From: Candidatus Iainarchaeum sp.
GTDB lineage: Archaea; B1Sed10-29; WALL01
DNA length: 64,000 nt
Assembly (NCBI GenBank): GCA_021162685.1
Contig: JAGGYF010000021.1
Location: 11,976-75,975, forward strand
Reading direction: 5' to 3'
The notes under the pieces were generated by a model, which was not told the DNA's origin, did not search any database, and saw only the letters and a list, made by a program, of their open reading frames with translations. Shown piece after piece: positions 28,946 through 39,754 of the stretch. Numbering within the stretch: the stretch's first letter is position 1; each line of letters opens with the position of its first letter. The translations under genes and the position numbers were made by a program.

Positions 28946-29500
28946 CTATTCCTCCATTATAAAAACTGCTGCTGCAAGAACTGTTGTCCATAGTCCTGCT
29001 TTATGCCCCCTTGCTGTTTGAGCTATGCTCCTTGTTTTCACTATCTTCCCAGCCATAAGGTATGCCTTTTTTCTTTCATCCCATGCCCTATCTGGATCCA
29101 TGTCTATGCCCAATGTAGATGCCAACATGGATGCTGCTAAATCCTCTGCATAATCTGCTGCCTTTCTTTCTGTTTCCCCGAATGAATGATGCTCACTTAG
29201 GTATCCATACATTGTCTTATCTGCAGGGATCGCACATCCAACTGCTGCTGATATCATCCTGTTTGGCTCATTTGTTTGATTATGGGCCATAACTGTGAAT
29301 GCTATTTGACCAGGTTTCAGTTTTTTTATGCCTTTTTCCTTGGTGATTATTTTACAACCAGGAGGCAGGATGCTGGAAACAGAAACTAAGTTACAATGTT
29401 GTATACCTGCATTTCTCAGAGCTAGTTCAAATGATTGGAGTTTGTGCTTGTGAATGCCAACACCTTTTGTAAAAAACACTTGCTTTGGAATAAAATTCAT
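28946..29500 (-). CDS. pdaD: pyruvoyl-dependent arginine decarboxylase
   Basis: MNFIPKQVFFTKGVG... typical PdaD N-terminus and size; start at internal ATG 29500. Confidence 0.8.
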   Translation of the reverse strand: MNFIPKQVFFTKGVGIHKHKLQSFELALRNAGIQHCNLVSVSSILPPGCKIITKEKGIKKLKPGQIAFTVMAHNQTNEPNRMISAAVGCAIPADKTMYGYLSEHHSFGETERKAADYAEDLAASMLASTLGIDMDPDRAWDERKKAYLMAGKIVKTRSIAQTARGHKAGLWTTVLAAAVFIMEE

Positions 29501-29557
29501 GGTTGTCACCTGAGAGGAATAACTATAATTACACAAAAGCGTATAAAAAATATGGTG

Positions 29558-30958
29558 TTATGTTCTGATTAGGTCTTTATCCATTTCTTTTGGTCTGTCT
29601 AGGTCTAGAATGCGGAGGATTGTTGGCGCGATATTGTACAAAAATCCTCTCTTCCTTATGCGCTTTACTTTTTCTGAAACAACTATGCACGGAACAGGGT
29701 TCAATGTATGAGCTGTACAGGGAGACCCATTCGGAAGGAACATCTGTTCTGCATTTCCATGGTCTGCGACAATAATATAGTCATCAAATAATGGTGTTAT
29801 CTTGCCTAAACATTTATCAACTGCTTCTACGGCTTTTACAGTTGATTTGTAGTTTCCTGTATGGCCAACCATGTCTCCATTTGCATAGTTTAAAACAACT
29901 AGATCGTATTTGCCTGCAATCCTTTCTAGCTTATCAGTAATTTTGTATGCACTCATTTCTGGTTTTAGATCATATGTTGGAACCTTTGGAGAAGGGATAA
30001 GTGCCCTGTCTTCCCCCTTAAATGGTTTTTCTCGCTCGCCTGAGAAGAAATAGGTTACATGTGCATACTTCTCTGTTTCAGCAATTCTCAACTGTTTCAT
30101 TTTATAGTCGCTTATGACCTCACCTAAAGTATGTTTTACATAATGGGGTTTAAATGCAATCTTTTCATTCAATGTTTTGTCATACTCTGACATAGAAACA
30201 AAGTACACGTTCATCTTTTTCAGAAATAATCTTGTCAACTGTCTTGCTCTATCCCCCCTGAAATTGAAAAATACAACTGCATCCCCATCTCGTATAATCC
30301 CGTTGGGGTTTACCACAGTTGGCTTAACAAACTCGTCTGTTTCTCCACGCGCATATGCATTAAGCACTGCTTCTTTTGCTGTTTTTGCTTTGAATCCAAC
30401 GCCTTGTGTCAAACACTTAAATGCCTTCTCTGTTCTGCTCCATCTTTTATCTCTGTCCATTGCATAGTATCTCCCACAAACGGTTGCTACGTTTTTGAAT
30501 TGCTTTATATATTTCAATGCGCTTTTAGGAGGGGTGTCTCTTCCATCTAAAAATGCGTGGATGTAAGCATCTGGCCTCATCTTTAATAGTGCTTTCAGGT
30601 GCCGTATGTGAGAATGCACGCCTTGGTCAGAGAGCAAACCGATGAAATGCACTCGTTTATGTTTGCATGCGTTGACCAAAAACCTGTTTTTAAAAAAAGA
30701 ACCGTCTTTTATGGCGTTGTCTATCTCAACCATTTTTTGCGGGATTAACCTACCAGCACCTAAATGAAGATGCCCAACTTCAGAACCGCCCATAAATCCT
30801 TTCGGAAGACCAACAGCCTTTCCGTGTGCTTTTAGCAATGCATGTGGCCCTTTTTTCCACAATCTATCAAAGTTTGGAGTCTTCGCATTCCTTATGGCAT
30901 TGCCTTTTATCTTCCTGGAATACCCCCATCCATCCAGAATAATCAAACCAAATGTCAT
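29558..30958 (-). CDS. gpmI: 2,3-bisphosphoglycerate-independent phosphoglycerate mutase (bacterial-type GpmI)
   Basis: LIILDGWG start region, GGSEVGHLHLGAGR, DGRDTPP and VADHGNAE motifs. Confidence 0.85.
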   Translation of the reverse strand: MTFGLIILDGWGYSRKIKGNAIRNAKTPNFDRLWKKGPHALLKAHGKAVGLPKGFMGGSEVGHLHLGAGRLIPQKMVEIDNAIKDGSFFKNRFLVNACKHKRVHFIGLLSDQGVHSHIRHLKALLKMRPDAYIHAFLDGRDTPPKSALKYIKQFKNVATVCGRYYAMDRDKRWSRTEKAFKCLTQGVGFKAKTAKEAVLNAYARGETDEFVKPTVVNPNGIIRDGDAVVFFNFRGDRARQLTRLFLKKMNVYFVSMSEYDKTLNEKIAFKPHYVKHTLGEVISDYKMKQLRIAETEKYAHVTYFFSGEREKPFKGEDRALIPSPKVPTYDLKPEMSAYKITDKLERIAGKYDLVVLNYANGDMVGHTGNYKSTVKAVEAVDKCLGKITPLFDDYIIVADHGNAEQMFLPNGSPCTAHTLNPVPCIVVSEKVKRIRKRGFLYNIAPTILRILDLDRPKEMDKDLIRT

Positions 30959-30959
30959 C

Positions 30960-32228
30960 CTAACCCTTTCCAGCGTATGGTGCTTGTGTGTGCTCCTCAA
31001 TCCTTAATAATTGGTTATACTTTGCTAGTCTCTCTCCTCTACATGGTGCGCCTGCTTTTATTTGCTTTGCTCCAATAGCAACAGCAAAATCAGATATAAA
31101 AGAATCGCATGTCTCTCCTGACCTGTGTGAAACCATAATATTCCAACCAGCGCGGTCAGCCATCCTGGCAGCGCTCATTGCCTCTGATACTGTTCCTACC
31201 TGATTTAATTTTAATAGCAATGCATTTGCTGCTCTTTTTCTTATACCCAAAACAATACGCTCTGCATTTGTCACAAAAATGTCATCGCCAGTAATCTGGA
31301 CATTTTCCCCTATTGCTTCAACCAGTGCTGCGAAACTATCAAAATCCTGTTCATGGAATGGGTCCTCTATGTTTATGATAGGATATTTCTCAACAAGTTT
31401 TATGTAGTATTTCAATAGCTGCTCTGAACTCATCTTCTTTGTGCCCATATTGTACTTTTTTGATTTGTACAGAGAGCTTGCAGCAACATCCATAGCAAAT
31501 GCAACCTTTTTCTTGTGTCCTGCTTTTTTTACAGCTGCTTCAAGAAGTTTCAGTGCCTCCTCTGCTGTTTTGATAGGAGCAACAAATCCGCCCTCATCCC
31601 CAACACCTATTGCTGCATTTTTAAATTTGCTCTGGAGGATTGATTTAAGTGCATGATATGTTTCAGTGCTTATGCGCATTGCTTCTGAAAATGACTCAGC
31701 ACCTATTGGCGCAATCATAAATTCCTGGATAGGAAGTTTATTCATCGCATGCTTTCCGCCATTTATTACATTAAAAAATGGGATGGGCATCTTGAATTCT
31801 ATACCCGCATGCTCATATATTGGCGAGAGGTGTTCGTAAAGCCAGCACTCCTTTGAGCTTGCTGCTGCTTTTGCACATGCCATAGATACTGCAAGTATTG
31901 TATTAGCGCCTAGATGCGACTTGTTTTTTGTGCCATCTAATTCAATGAGTAGATGATCAATTCCCTCCTGGTCTCTGCAATCCCTACCCAACAGTTCCTT
32001 TTCAATCATCTTTATGTTCTCAACTGCTTTTAAAACACCTAAGCCATTATATGCCTTCCCGCCATCTCTCAGCTCTACTGCTTCTAATTTGCCTTTTGAG
32101 ACACCAGAAGGCACACTTGCTCTTCCAAAGCCCTTTCCGCTCTGTACATCCACTTCTATGGTGGGGTTGCCCCTAGAATCAAAAATCTGCCTTGCTCTAA
32201 CCGCAGTAATCTCATACTTTCCTATCAT
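30960..32228 (-). CDS. eno: enolase
   Basis: AVRARQIFDSRGNPTIEVDV...ASVPSGVSKG and the conserved C-terminal SHRSGETCD. Confidence 0.9.
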   Translation of the reverse strand: MIGKYEITAVRARQIFDSRGNPTIEVDVQSGKGFGRASVPSGVSKGKLEAVELRDGGKAYNGLGVLKAVENIKMIEKELLGRDCRDQEGIDHLLIELDGTKNKSHLGANTILAVSMACAKAAASSKECWLYEHLSPIYEHAGIEFKMPIPFFNVINGGKHAMNKLPIQEFMIAPIGAESFSEAMRISTETYHALKSILQSKFKNAAIGVGDEGGFVAPIKTAEEALKLLEAAVKKAGHKKKVAFAMDVAASSLYKSKKYNMGTKKMSSEQLLKYYIKLVEKYPIINIEDPFHEQDFDSFAALVEAIGENVQITGDDIFVTNAERIVLGIRKRAANALLLKLNQVGTVSEAMSAARMADRAGWNIMVSHRSGETCDSFISDFAVAIGAKQIKAGAPCRGERLAKYNQLLRIEEHTQAPYAGKG

Positions 32229-32290
32229 CTACTCACCAAGGAGTAGAAACGAAGAAATAGTTTATAAAGGTTGAGGAGAGTGAGCAGAGC

Positions 32291-33943
32291 TCACATCTCC
32301 ATTCCGGGCATGCCTCCCATTCCTCCACCTGGAGGAGAAGGTGTTTCCTTCTTGGCTGAAGCTGCAATGATATCATCAATCCTCAGAATCATCTCTGCAG
32401 CTTCTCCTGCACTTGTTATGGCTTGTTCCTTGATTCTTGCTGGCTCTATTACATGAAGTTTCATCATGTCAGATATCTTTCCTCTGAAGACGTCTACACC
32501 AGCATTCTTATCTCCCTTTTCGTGCCTTGCTCTCAATTCTACAAGTGTATCAATGGAGTCCATACCTGCGCTCTCAGCTAGTGTTCTTGGTATAATCTCC
32601 AAGGCTGAGGCGAATGCTGAAATTGCCAATTGTTCCCTTCCTCCAACTGTCTTCGCATACTTGTTGAGTTCAAGTGCCAGCTCAATCTCGCATGCTCCAC
32701 CACCTGGAAGTATCTTTCCGTCCTCAATTGCGCTTGCAACAACACCGATAGCATCGTTTACTGCTCTCTCTGCCTCATCCACAACGTGCTCTGTACCTCC
32801 TCTTACAAGGATTGTTACTGCCTTTGGATCCTTGCAGTTCTCTACAAAGATCATGTCCTCGCCAGCGATCTTCCTTTCCTCAACAACACCTGCATAACCC
32901 AAATCCTTTGAGCTGAGGTCTTTTATACTTGTTACAATGTTTGCGCCTGTTGCTCTTGCTAACTTCTCCATGTCTGATTTTTTCACTCTTCTGACTGCCA
33001 GAATGCCCTCCTTTGCCAAGAAGTGCTGTGCCATGTCATCTATGCCCTTCTGGCAGAACACCACATTTGCTCCGCTTGCTTTTATCTGGTCTACCATCTT
33101 CTTGAGCATCTGCTCTTCCTGGTCTAGGAATGCTTGTAGTTGGTCTGGGCTTGTTATTCTTATCTCTGCATCTGTCTCTGTTTCCTTTACTTCAAGTGCT
33201 GAATCAATCAGTGCGATCTTTGCCCTCTTTACAATCTTTGGCATGTTTGAGTGCACTCTTTCCTTATCAATTACAATCCCGTTTATGAGCTCTGTATCTG
33301 CGAGGTCTCCTCCTTGCTTTTTCTCAAGTTTTATGTAATCCTTGTCAATGACTATCTCTCCGTTGTATTCCTCTGCAACCTGCTTTACTGCCTTTACAAC
33401 AATCTTCGCAAGGTCCTCTCTTGCTTTTTCCGCGCCCTTGCCAGTCATTGCTGTCATTGCGAGTTGCTGCAAAACCTTGTCATCATCAAATGTTACCTTT
33501 GTTGATATCTTGTCAAGGATTTGGAGTGCCTTTGCTGCTGCCATATTATATCCTTTTACAATGACACTTGGATGAATCTTCTTATCAAGTAGTGCATCTG
33601 CATTTTTGAGAAGTTCTCCTGCTAGTACCACTGCTGTTGTTGTTCCGTCGCCTACCTCTTCATCCTGTGTCTTTGCGACCTCTACCATCATCTTTCCTGC
33701 TGGATGTTCAACAGACATCTCATCAAGGATTGTTGCACCATCGTTTGTGATTACTATGTCGCCTAGTTCATCAACAAGCATCTTGTCCATACCTTTTGGA
33801 CCAAGTGTGCTTCTAACAGCATTTGCAACTGCCATTGCAACAACCATATTTGTCTTTTGGGCATCTCTGCCCAGGATTCGTTGAGCTCCCTCTGGGAGCA
33901 CTAATATTGGTTGACCTTGTATCTGTTGTGTCATATCTATCAC
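32291..33943 (-). CDS. ths: thermosome subunit (group II chaperonin)
   Basis: [22 protein letters not shown], and the C-terminal [11 protein letters not shown] tail. Confidence 0.9.
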   Translation of the reverse strand: MIDMTQQIQGQPILVLPEGAQRILGRDAQKTNMVVAMAVANAVRSTLGPKGMDKMLVDELGDIVITNDGATILDEMSVEHPAGKMMVEVAKTQDEEVGDGTTTAVVLAGELLKNADALLDKKIHPSVIVKGYNMAAAKALQILDKISTKVTFDDDKVLQQLAMTAMTGKGAEKAREDLAKIVVKAVKQVAEEYNGEIVIDKDYIKLEKKQGGDLADTELINGIVIDKERVHSNMPKIVKRAKIALIDSALEVKETETDAEIRITSPDQLQAFLDQEEQMLKKMVDQIKASGANVVFCQKGIDDMAQHFLAKEGILAVRRVKKSDMEKLARATGANIVTSIKDLSSKDLGYAGVVEERKIAGEDMIFVENCKDPKAVTILVRGGTEHVVDEAERAVNDAIGVVASAIEDGKILPGGGACEIELALELNKYAKTVGGREQLAISAFASALEIIPRTLAESAGMDSIDTLVELRARHEKGDKNAGVDVFRGKISDMMKLHVIEPARIKEQAITSAGEAAEMILRIDDIIAASAKKETPSPPGGGMGGMPGMEM

Positions 33944-34072
33944 TCTCCTTTAAAAATTCTCATTAAAATGAGTGGTTATATTTGATGTATATCTACTTTA
34001 TAAATGTTGCTAAATGCTGGATATGGAGTTGACAGATTAGGTATATATAAAAGGTATGCACTAATATAAAAC

Positions 34073-34852
34073 ATGGCAAAAAGATTATTGCAAGTTGTGT
34101 GGGGTTGGGCTAGATCTGTAAAAGAGCTATTTTGGGGTATAGTCTGGGTAGTTTTGCACCCCATACAGTTTATCATAGAGGTGTTTGGACTGGTATATAG
34201 CCTCATACTCTCTGCCACGCACATACACAAAGCTGGTTCATTTCTAAAAGGCGCACTTTACGAGCCATATAGGGCAATGACTGTCATGGCTGTTGTTGGT
34301 GGGGTATTAGCATTTTATTCTCATTTTCTTCATGCTGACGAGTTCTCTGCCATTGCTGCCATACTCCTATCAGCATCTGGATTCGCATATATAATGTGGC
34401 GCTCTGTTGAGTTCTTTCATGGAAAACACAAAACAGCAGATGCTATTGATGGGTTTATATTTGTCACAGAACTGCTTCCAGTTGTAAGCAGCATTGCAAT
34501 AGTTGCAAGGTTCGTGAGGTTTCAAACAGTATTGGCAAGAACATCAGCTATGACAGGAAGACTAACAGGAAATGTTGCGAGGAGCGGAAGCATAGTTAGG
34601 AGCACTACTGCAGTACGTGCTGCATCAAGAAGCAGCAGAGGAGTATTGAAGGCAGCAACTGCGCAGAATAAAATACTGAAAAGTTTTTCAAAGGTGCATA
34701 AGGCAACATTACACACACTGGAAACCGCTCAACCAGTTATAAGTATTGGTGAATGGGTGAACCACTGGTTAAAGGTCGGGGATAGTATTAGCAGAGAGGT
34801 TATTGATACACTTAGGGGAGTTGAAAGAGAGATCAAGGGTATGAGGAGATAA
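34073..34852 (+). CDS. integral membrane protein, unknown function
   Basis: Several TM helices plus a polar C-terminal tail. Confidence 0.4.
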   Translation: MAKRLLQVVWGWARSVKELFWGIVWVVLHPIQFIIEVFGLVYSLILSATHIHKAGSFLKGALYEPYRAMTVMAVVGGVLAFYSHFLHADEFSAIAAILLSASGFAYIMWRSVEFFHGKHKTADAIDGFIFVTELLPVVSSIAIVARFVRFQTVLARTSAMTGRLTGNVARSGSIVRSTTAVRAASRSSRGVLKAATAQNKILKSFSKVHKATLHTLETAQPVISIGEWVNHWLKVGDSISREVIDTLRGVEREIKGMRR

Positions 34853-35220
34853 GCTCTATCGCCTTCTTTAGGTGAGGTGTTGCATCTAATTGTTTTGCGT
34901 CCTCAATTGAAAAGAATTTTCCATCTACTGCTTCATTCAAATCTAATGTTATTTCATCATTAGATTCGCAGAGAAAGAATGCAACCATTTCATTCTCTAC
35001 ATCATCTTCTATGTGGAATGTTCCCAAAAATATTAATGGCGCTTTTATTCCAACACTCTTCAAACAGTTAACCGCAGTTGTTTCGTATGTCTCTTCAGCT
35101 AGCACATGGGAAGCGACACTTGTACTCCACTTCCCAGGATATCTCTTTTTTCTCAAACTTCTCCTCCTGCAGAAGATTTCCAATCCTTTCATCATTTTTG
35201 TTTACGATGTCAACTATCAT
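34833..35220 (-). pseudogene. NUDIX hydrolase remnant: single-base frameshift plus internal deletion
   Basis: Frame A from ATG 35220 gives MIVDIVNKNDERIGNLLQ (Nudix N-terminus). The downstream frame gives RRRSLRKKRYPGKWSTSVASHV...ETYETTAVNCLKSVGI (Nudix box region). Removing one G in ctgcagGaggag joins them, but ~25 residues between IG and LLQ are missing. Confidence 0.45.
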
Positions 35221-36059
35221 AGAATCACCAATGCGCTTGCTCCTAAAATCATGAGGATTGCCCCTATTATCCTGTTTATAATCTGTTTTCTCTCTTTAAG
35301 CCAGACAAAACCAACTACAACTGTCACAAGAACCAGAAGTCTTGAAACAGGATACACGACACTTGCGTCCATTATTTTATATGCATTCAAAAGGAAGATG
35401 TAGGAGGATGCTGCGCACACGGATGCAATCATCACAAAGATTCCTTTATCCCAGAATAGCTTTTTTATGTGCTTTCTATTTGCCATGGGCAAAAGAAGCA
35501 TTGCAGGTATCAAAAATGACAAAAATCCGTAAAAGATAGGGTCAAAAAAGTTCATGTTATACTTATCAATAATTGTTATGAATCCTACTACAATGGCACC
35601 AGCAATCGCAATGTTAACTCCTGGATGTCTTAGGTGTTTAAATGCGCCTTTCTTCCACGTAAGGATTGCAATGCCCAAAACAATCAGAATTACTCCAAGC
35701 ATTTTGTAAACTGTGAATACCTCCTTCAACAAAACAATGGCAAAAATAAACGAGAACAGAGACCTTGTGGATTCTATGGGAGTATGTAATGATATATCTA
35801 CTGTTTTCATGGAAACAAAGTGTAATACAGTACTGCAAAACCATAAGACGTGCGCTGATATAAGCAACAACCACGGCATTAGATCAGTTGGTAAACTGAA
35901 ATGGTACATAAAGAGGAGAGGAACATAGAAAATTGCTCCAAAAAGAGAGAAAAGAAAACCTAATGCAATCTCATCATGTGCCTTTATGGAATACTTCTGT
36001 ACTGCAAACCCTAAACCGCCGAAGATAATCACATACAGAAGGTATAACATGCCATACAT
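35217..36059 (-). CDS. EamA/DMT-family transporter
   Basis: 10 TM helices in two five-helix repeats; 280 aa. Confidence 0.65.
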   Translation of the reverse strand: MYGMLYLLYVIIFGGLGFAVQKYSIKAHDEIALGFLFSLFGAIFYVPLLFMYHFSLPTDLMPWLLLISAHVLWFCSTVLHFVSMKTVDISLHTPIESTRSLFSFIFAIVLLKEVFTVYKMLGVILIVLGIAILTWKKGAFKHLRHPGVNIAIAGAIVVGFITIIDKYNMNFFDPIFYGFLSFLIPAMLLLPMANRKHIKKLFWDKGIFVMIASVCAASSYIFLLNAYKIMDASVVYPVSRLLVLVTVVVGFVWLKERKQIINRIIGAILMILGASALVIL

Positions 36060-36063
36060 AGTA

Positions 36064-36840
36064 TCACATTAAAACACATTCGCCTTCTATGCATATGTAA
36101 TCTTTTCCTAGGTAGCTACAACTCTGATTGGTGGTGCATTCAGCAACACAAACACATGTATTTTCTTTACATTTTGGATTTGGGAACATTCTTGTACAAT
36201 TCGTATGTTCGCAATCTTCATCCTTCAAGCATTCTATGAGTCTTTGCTTAATCATATCCCATTTATTATCTAAGTATGCCCACTCCACTCTTCCACGATT
36301 AACAGCAACAGTAGCATTATGCGGGGTAATAACCTGCAACAGAACTTGTCCGCTTCGGTTTCCATAGCCAGCGTGCCTACACTCAAATGTAAAATAGAAA
36401 ACCCAACAATATGGGCATCTCGCTGTTTCGTATGAAACAAATGTGAAAGAATCTGGAATGCCATCAAACAGGAACGTTGGACTATTCAGAACAAAATCCT
36501 CTGCAATCTGCCTTGACACCTCCACTGTTAATTTAGAGCATATATCCTCATCAGCGCAGTACTCCTTTTCTATGATCTCCTTACATGCTTGGCTTGTATA
36601 TTCTGGACTCACCAATGGGCAGTGTATAACTGTACCATCCGCTCTGTAGTAGTCAAAACCTCTGCCAGGTGTTGAATAAACAACCTTATACGCATTATCT
36701 AAACATAAATTGACAGCAGAAATATTTTGTTCACCACAGAAATCATATGGGCTTGGTTGAGGGATTGGAGAGGGATATTGAGGTTGTTGAACGCATCCTG
36801 TCACAAAAATAAGTATGATAACTAGAAATTTTCTTAGCAT
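36064..36840 (-). CDS. cysteine-rich secreted lipoprotein-like protein
   Basis: Signal peptide with LVIILIFVTGCV lipobox-like site; >20 Cys. Confidence 0.45.
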   Translation of the reverse strand: MLRKFLVIILIFVTGCVQQPQYPSPIPQPSPYDFCGEQNISAVNLCLDNAYKVVYSTPGRGFDYYRADGTVIHCPLVSPEYTSQACKEIIEKEYCADEDICSKLTVEVSRQIAEDFVLNSPTFLFDGIPDSFTFVSYETARCPYCWVFYFTFECRHAGYGNRSGQVLLQVITPHNATVAVNRGRVEWAYLDNKWDMIKQRLIECLKDEDCEHTNCTRMFPNPKCKENTCVCVAECTTNQSCSYLGKDYICIEGECVLM

Positions 36841-36875
36841 GAGGAATTATTGTATGTGATAATATAAAAAGATGA

Positions 36876-37580
36876 CTAATCATGGAGCTTACATATGTGT
36901 GGCATCTCTAATTTGTGTTTGGCTCTTTCCATCATCTCCTGTAGCAAACGAGAGATATTGCCACTCTTTAATTGCTTATCTATTTCCTCGTAAGTCATAC
37001 CTATCTCTTCCTCATCTGTTTGCCCTTCCCACAGTCTCGCGGATGGTTTCTTACGAACAATAGAGTGAGGAATACCTAAGAACTCTGCCACCTCAAAAAC
37101 CTCTGTTTTATAGAGGTCACCAATAGGCAGGATATCACATGCACCGTCACCGTATTTTGTGAAATAGCCCAACAGAAGTTCTGTTTTATTGCCTGTACCT
37201 GCAACTAGGCGATTCATAAGGTTTGCATAATAGTACAGAATAGTCATGCGTAATCTTGGCCTAAGATTACCCAACACCCTCCTATCTGTTGTTTCGTTTC
37301 CACATAGCTTCTCAAGCTCCAAAACAAGGTCTGAAATATCAACAACGCGTGCCTCTATGCCAAGCCAGTGGATAAATTCAATAACATGTTTCCTATCCTC
37401 CATGGGTGTTTCCCTTGATGGCATAAACACGCCTAGAACCTTCTCTCTACCGAGTGCTTTAAGGCAAAGTGTTGCTGTGACAGAGGAATCAACACCACCA
37501 GAAATACCAACAACCACACCATTTGGCGCATGTTCTCTGATGAAGGAGATTATCTTATCAACTGCATAACTAGGCTCCAT
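36876..37580 (-). CDS. nadE: NH3-dependent NAD+ synthetase
   Basis: PP-loop VVGISGGVDSS; size 234 aa. Confidence 0.85.
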   Translation of the reverse strand: MEPSYAVDKIISFIREHAPNGVVVGISGGVDSSVTATLCLKALGREKVLGVFMPSRETPMEDRKHVIEFIHWLGIEARVVDISDLVLELEKLCGNETTDRRVLGNLRPRLRMTILYYYANLMNRLVAGTGNKTELLLGYFTKYGDGACDILPIGDLYKTEVFEVAEFLGIPHSIVRKKPSARLWEGQTDEEEIGMTYEEIDKQLKSGNISRLLQEMMERAKHKLEMPHICKLHD

Positions 37581-37584
37581 TATA

Positions 37585-38412
37585 TCACTCCCTTGCCTTT
37601 TTTGTTTTCATGCGGAGTATTGCAGCAATAAGTGCGCCAAATGCACTAAGCACAGACATGATGACAAATGCTAGAAGGGATACCATCATATTTACCTGGC
37701 TTGGATCCAAGAATTTTATTATTCTGAACAATGAAAGCATGCTTGCAATTGTGAAAACCACGAAGAAGAGAACGGGCATAAATGCTCCGTATATCAACTC
37801 TGGCAATACTGGGATTTCATAGTGTTCCTTTACACTAATAAAGATAGTACCAATAGCTATCAATAAAACAAATACATAAAATGTCCAGAAATAACTATGT
37901 AACTCAGGTGGTTTTTCTAAGAACTGAACATACTCTCCTTTTTGTAGTGAGAAGCCTCTAAATTCATCGCGGTTCCACCATCCCTTTGCCCCAAGTACTT
38001 CTTCATTATCCAATGCCTTAAAAACAGCAACTGTTTTGTTAGGCAGACCAAGGATAGATGGATCAAGTCTTAGTTTTGTAAATGCCGCGCTTGCAATCCA
38101 ATAGTTTAGATAAGTATACGAATATGGAGTTACGGGTGGTGCTTCAATATCATTTGCCAATTGTTTTGCTCTATCTGCCACGGTCTTGTATTGCCTTGAG
38201 AGTTCTCCTTGATTTTCAGTATATGCTTGTGTTGCCTTAGCATTCATTAGTTCGGATATTTGGAGTAGGTCCTGTTTTACCTGATTGACCTGAGAAGAGT
38301 ATTGAGCATGGAGAAAGACGCCATATATACTGCCAATGAAAAAGAAGAGGGCTGAACCAATAAGTGCGGTCCTTACCAGGTCCTTAAAGCTGAAAAAATC
38401 ACTTAGTTGCAT
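37585..38412 (-). CDS. membrane protein, unknown function
   Basis: N-terminal TM, a soluble middle region and C-terminal TMs. Confidence 0.4.
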   Translation of the reverse strand: MQLSDFFSFKDLVRTALIGSALFFFIGSIYGVFLHAQYSSQVNQVKQDLLQISELMNAKATQAYTENQGELSRQYKTVADRAKQLANDIEAPPVTPYSYTYLNYWIASAAFTKLRLDPSILGLPNKTVAVFKALDNEEVLGAKGWWNRDEFRGFSLQKGEYVQFLEKPPELHSYFWTFYVFVLLIAIGTIFISVKEHYEIPVLPELIYGAFMPVLFFVVFTIASMLSLFRIIKFLDPSQVNMMVSLLAFVIMSVLSAFGALIAAILRMKTKKARE

Positions 38413-38457
38413 ATCTAGGCTAACGCAATGGTTTTTTATATACTTTGCTATTATTCA

Positions 38458-39699
38458 TCAGACAAACCAGTGTGGGATAAAAAGTACCCTTGTTTTGCCA
38501 AATTTTTTGATTCCAAAGTCTTTTTCCGCAAATACAATGGCTTTTTTCGGTTTGTAGGTATTCAAGAAACTCAAGAACCCCCTTCCGGGCTTCCCAAATG
38601 ATTTGACCTCTATTGGCACAATTTCATTTTTTCTCAACAGAATAAAGTCAACTTCCGCTTTTGCCGTTGTCCGCCAGTGTCTTATCTCTCCAAAGGATTT
38701 TATCTCGTTCAAAATAAAGTTCTCCAAGATCTTTCCCCTATCCGTTCTCTGATCTGGGAAATTGAAATTGTTTATAACAGCGTTTCTGAGTCCGATATCA
38801 TAAACGTAAACTTTTCTGCTTTTTTTCAGTTCTGTAACTAAGTTTTTGTGAAATGGAGAAATAAGTTCAACAACATAGGTATTAATGAGTATGTTAAGAT
38901 AGTTCTCAAAGGTTTTATAATCAATTTTCAAATCATTTGCAACAGTAGAGGGCTCAATTAGATTCCCAATACTAAAACTGATGTACCTCATCAATTTTCT
39001 ATATTTTTCAAGGTGTCGTACATTAAAAAAGAAAAAAACATCTTTTTCCAGATAGGTTCGGTAAAGGTTTTTTAATAGTTCCTTTTTTATCTCCTGGTCC
39101 TTTTCCTTCACTATTGCCGGAAATCCGCCAAACGTAACATATTCATCAAGTAGGGCCTTAAACTCTTTCTCAAAGCCTACCTCAATACTCACTTTTTGTC
39201 CATTCAAGAAACTAACTACGTTTTGTTTATTCTCGCAAAAGATTTTATGCAAATCCTTTGCTTTCCACATCAAAAATTCTTCAAAATTTAGTGGTAAAAG
39301 TTCAAAGTAAACTGCTCTTCCAACCAGATATTTTCCGATTTCAACCTTGACATCAAAAGATCCGGAACCAGTAATAAATACTTTCAAATTTGGGAATAGG
39401 TCATATAGGAGTTTTATATTTTTTCCTGCCTTTTTTGAATATTGTGCTTCATCAATAAACAGCTTTCTTTTTTCAGCAAATCTTTTAGCAAACAACTTTG
39501 GTGTTTCCTCAAATGTTCTAAGCAAATCTTCGTCTTCTAAGGTTACATAACTTCCCCCAAGTTTGTTTTTTAGATGCAGGAATAGTGTAGTTTTTCCACT
39601 CTGCCTCGGTCCTTTGACTAAAATTGCCTCCCTTCTTTTCAGCCATTTCTCCATTTCTTTCTCTATAATTCTTGGATAATACTCCATAGATAATAGCAT
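38458..39699 (-). CDS. AAA+ ATPase, COG1373/DUF4143 family (second copy)
   Basis: Walker A GPRQSGKTT, Walker B LFIDEAQ; same architecture as 5224-6519. Confidence 0.75.
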   Translation of the reverse strand: MLLSMEYYPRIIEKEMEKWLKRREAILVKGPRQSGKTTLFLHLKNKLGGSYVTLEDEDLLRTFEETPKLFAKRFAEKRKLFIDEAQYSKKAGKNIKLLYDLFPNLKVFITGSGSFDVKVEIGKYLVGRAVYFELLPLNFEEFLMWKAKDLHKIFCENKQNVVSFLNGQKVSIEVGFEKEFKALLDEYVTFGGFPAIVKEKDQEIKKELLKNLYRTYLEKDVFFFFNVRHLEKYRKLMRYISFSIGNLIEPSTVANDLKIDYKTFENYLNILINTYVVELISPFHKNLVTELKKSRKVYVYDIGLRNAVINNFNFPDQRTDRGKILENFILNEIKSFGEIRHWRTTAKAEVDFILLRKNEIVPIEVKSFGKPGRGFLSFLNTYKPKKAIVFAEKDFGIKKFGKTRVLFIPHWFV

Positions 39700-39754
39700 T
39701 ATTTTTAGATATATTTAAATCTTTTGTTTGGACCATTTAAAAGGCAAAAGAGAC

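Noticed and set aside
32466-33884. Multiple plus-strand ORFs (32466-32897, 32937-33338, 33606-33884) inside the thermosome gene
   Set aside because: Antisense to a highly conserved gene; Ser/Ala/Thr-rich low-complexity translations typical of antisense frames. The same applies to 42588-43211 in atpA and 19504-19974 in the 690-aa gene.
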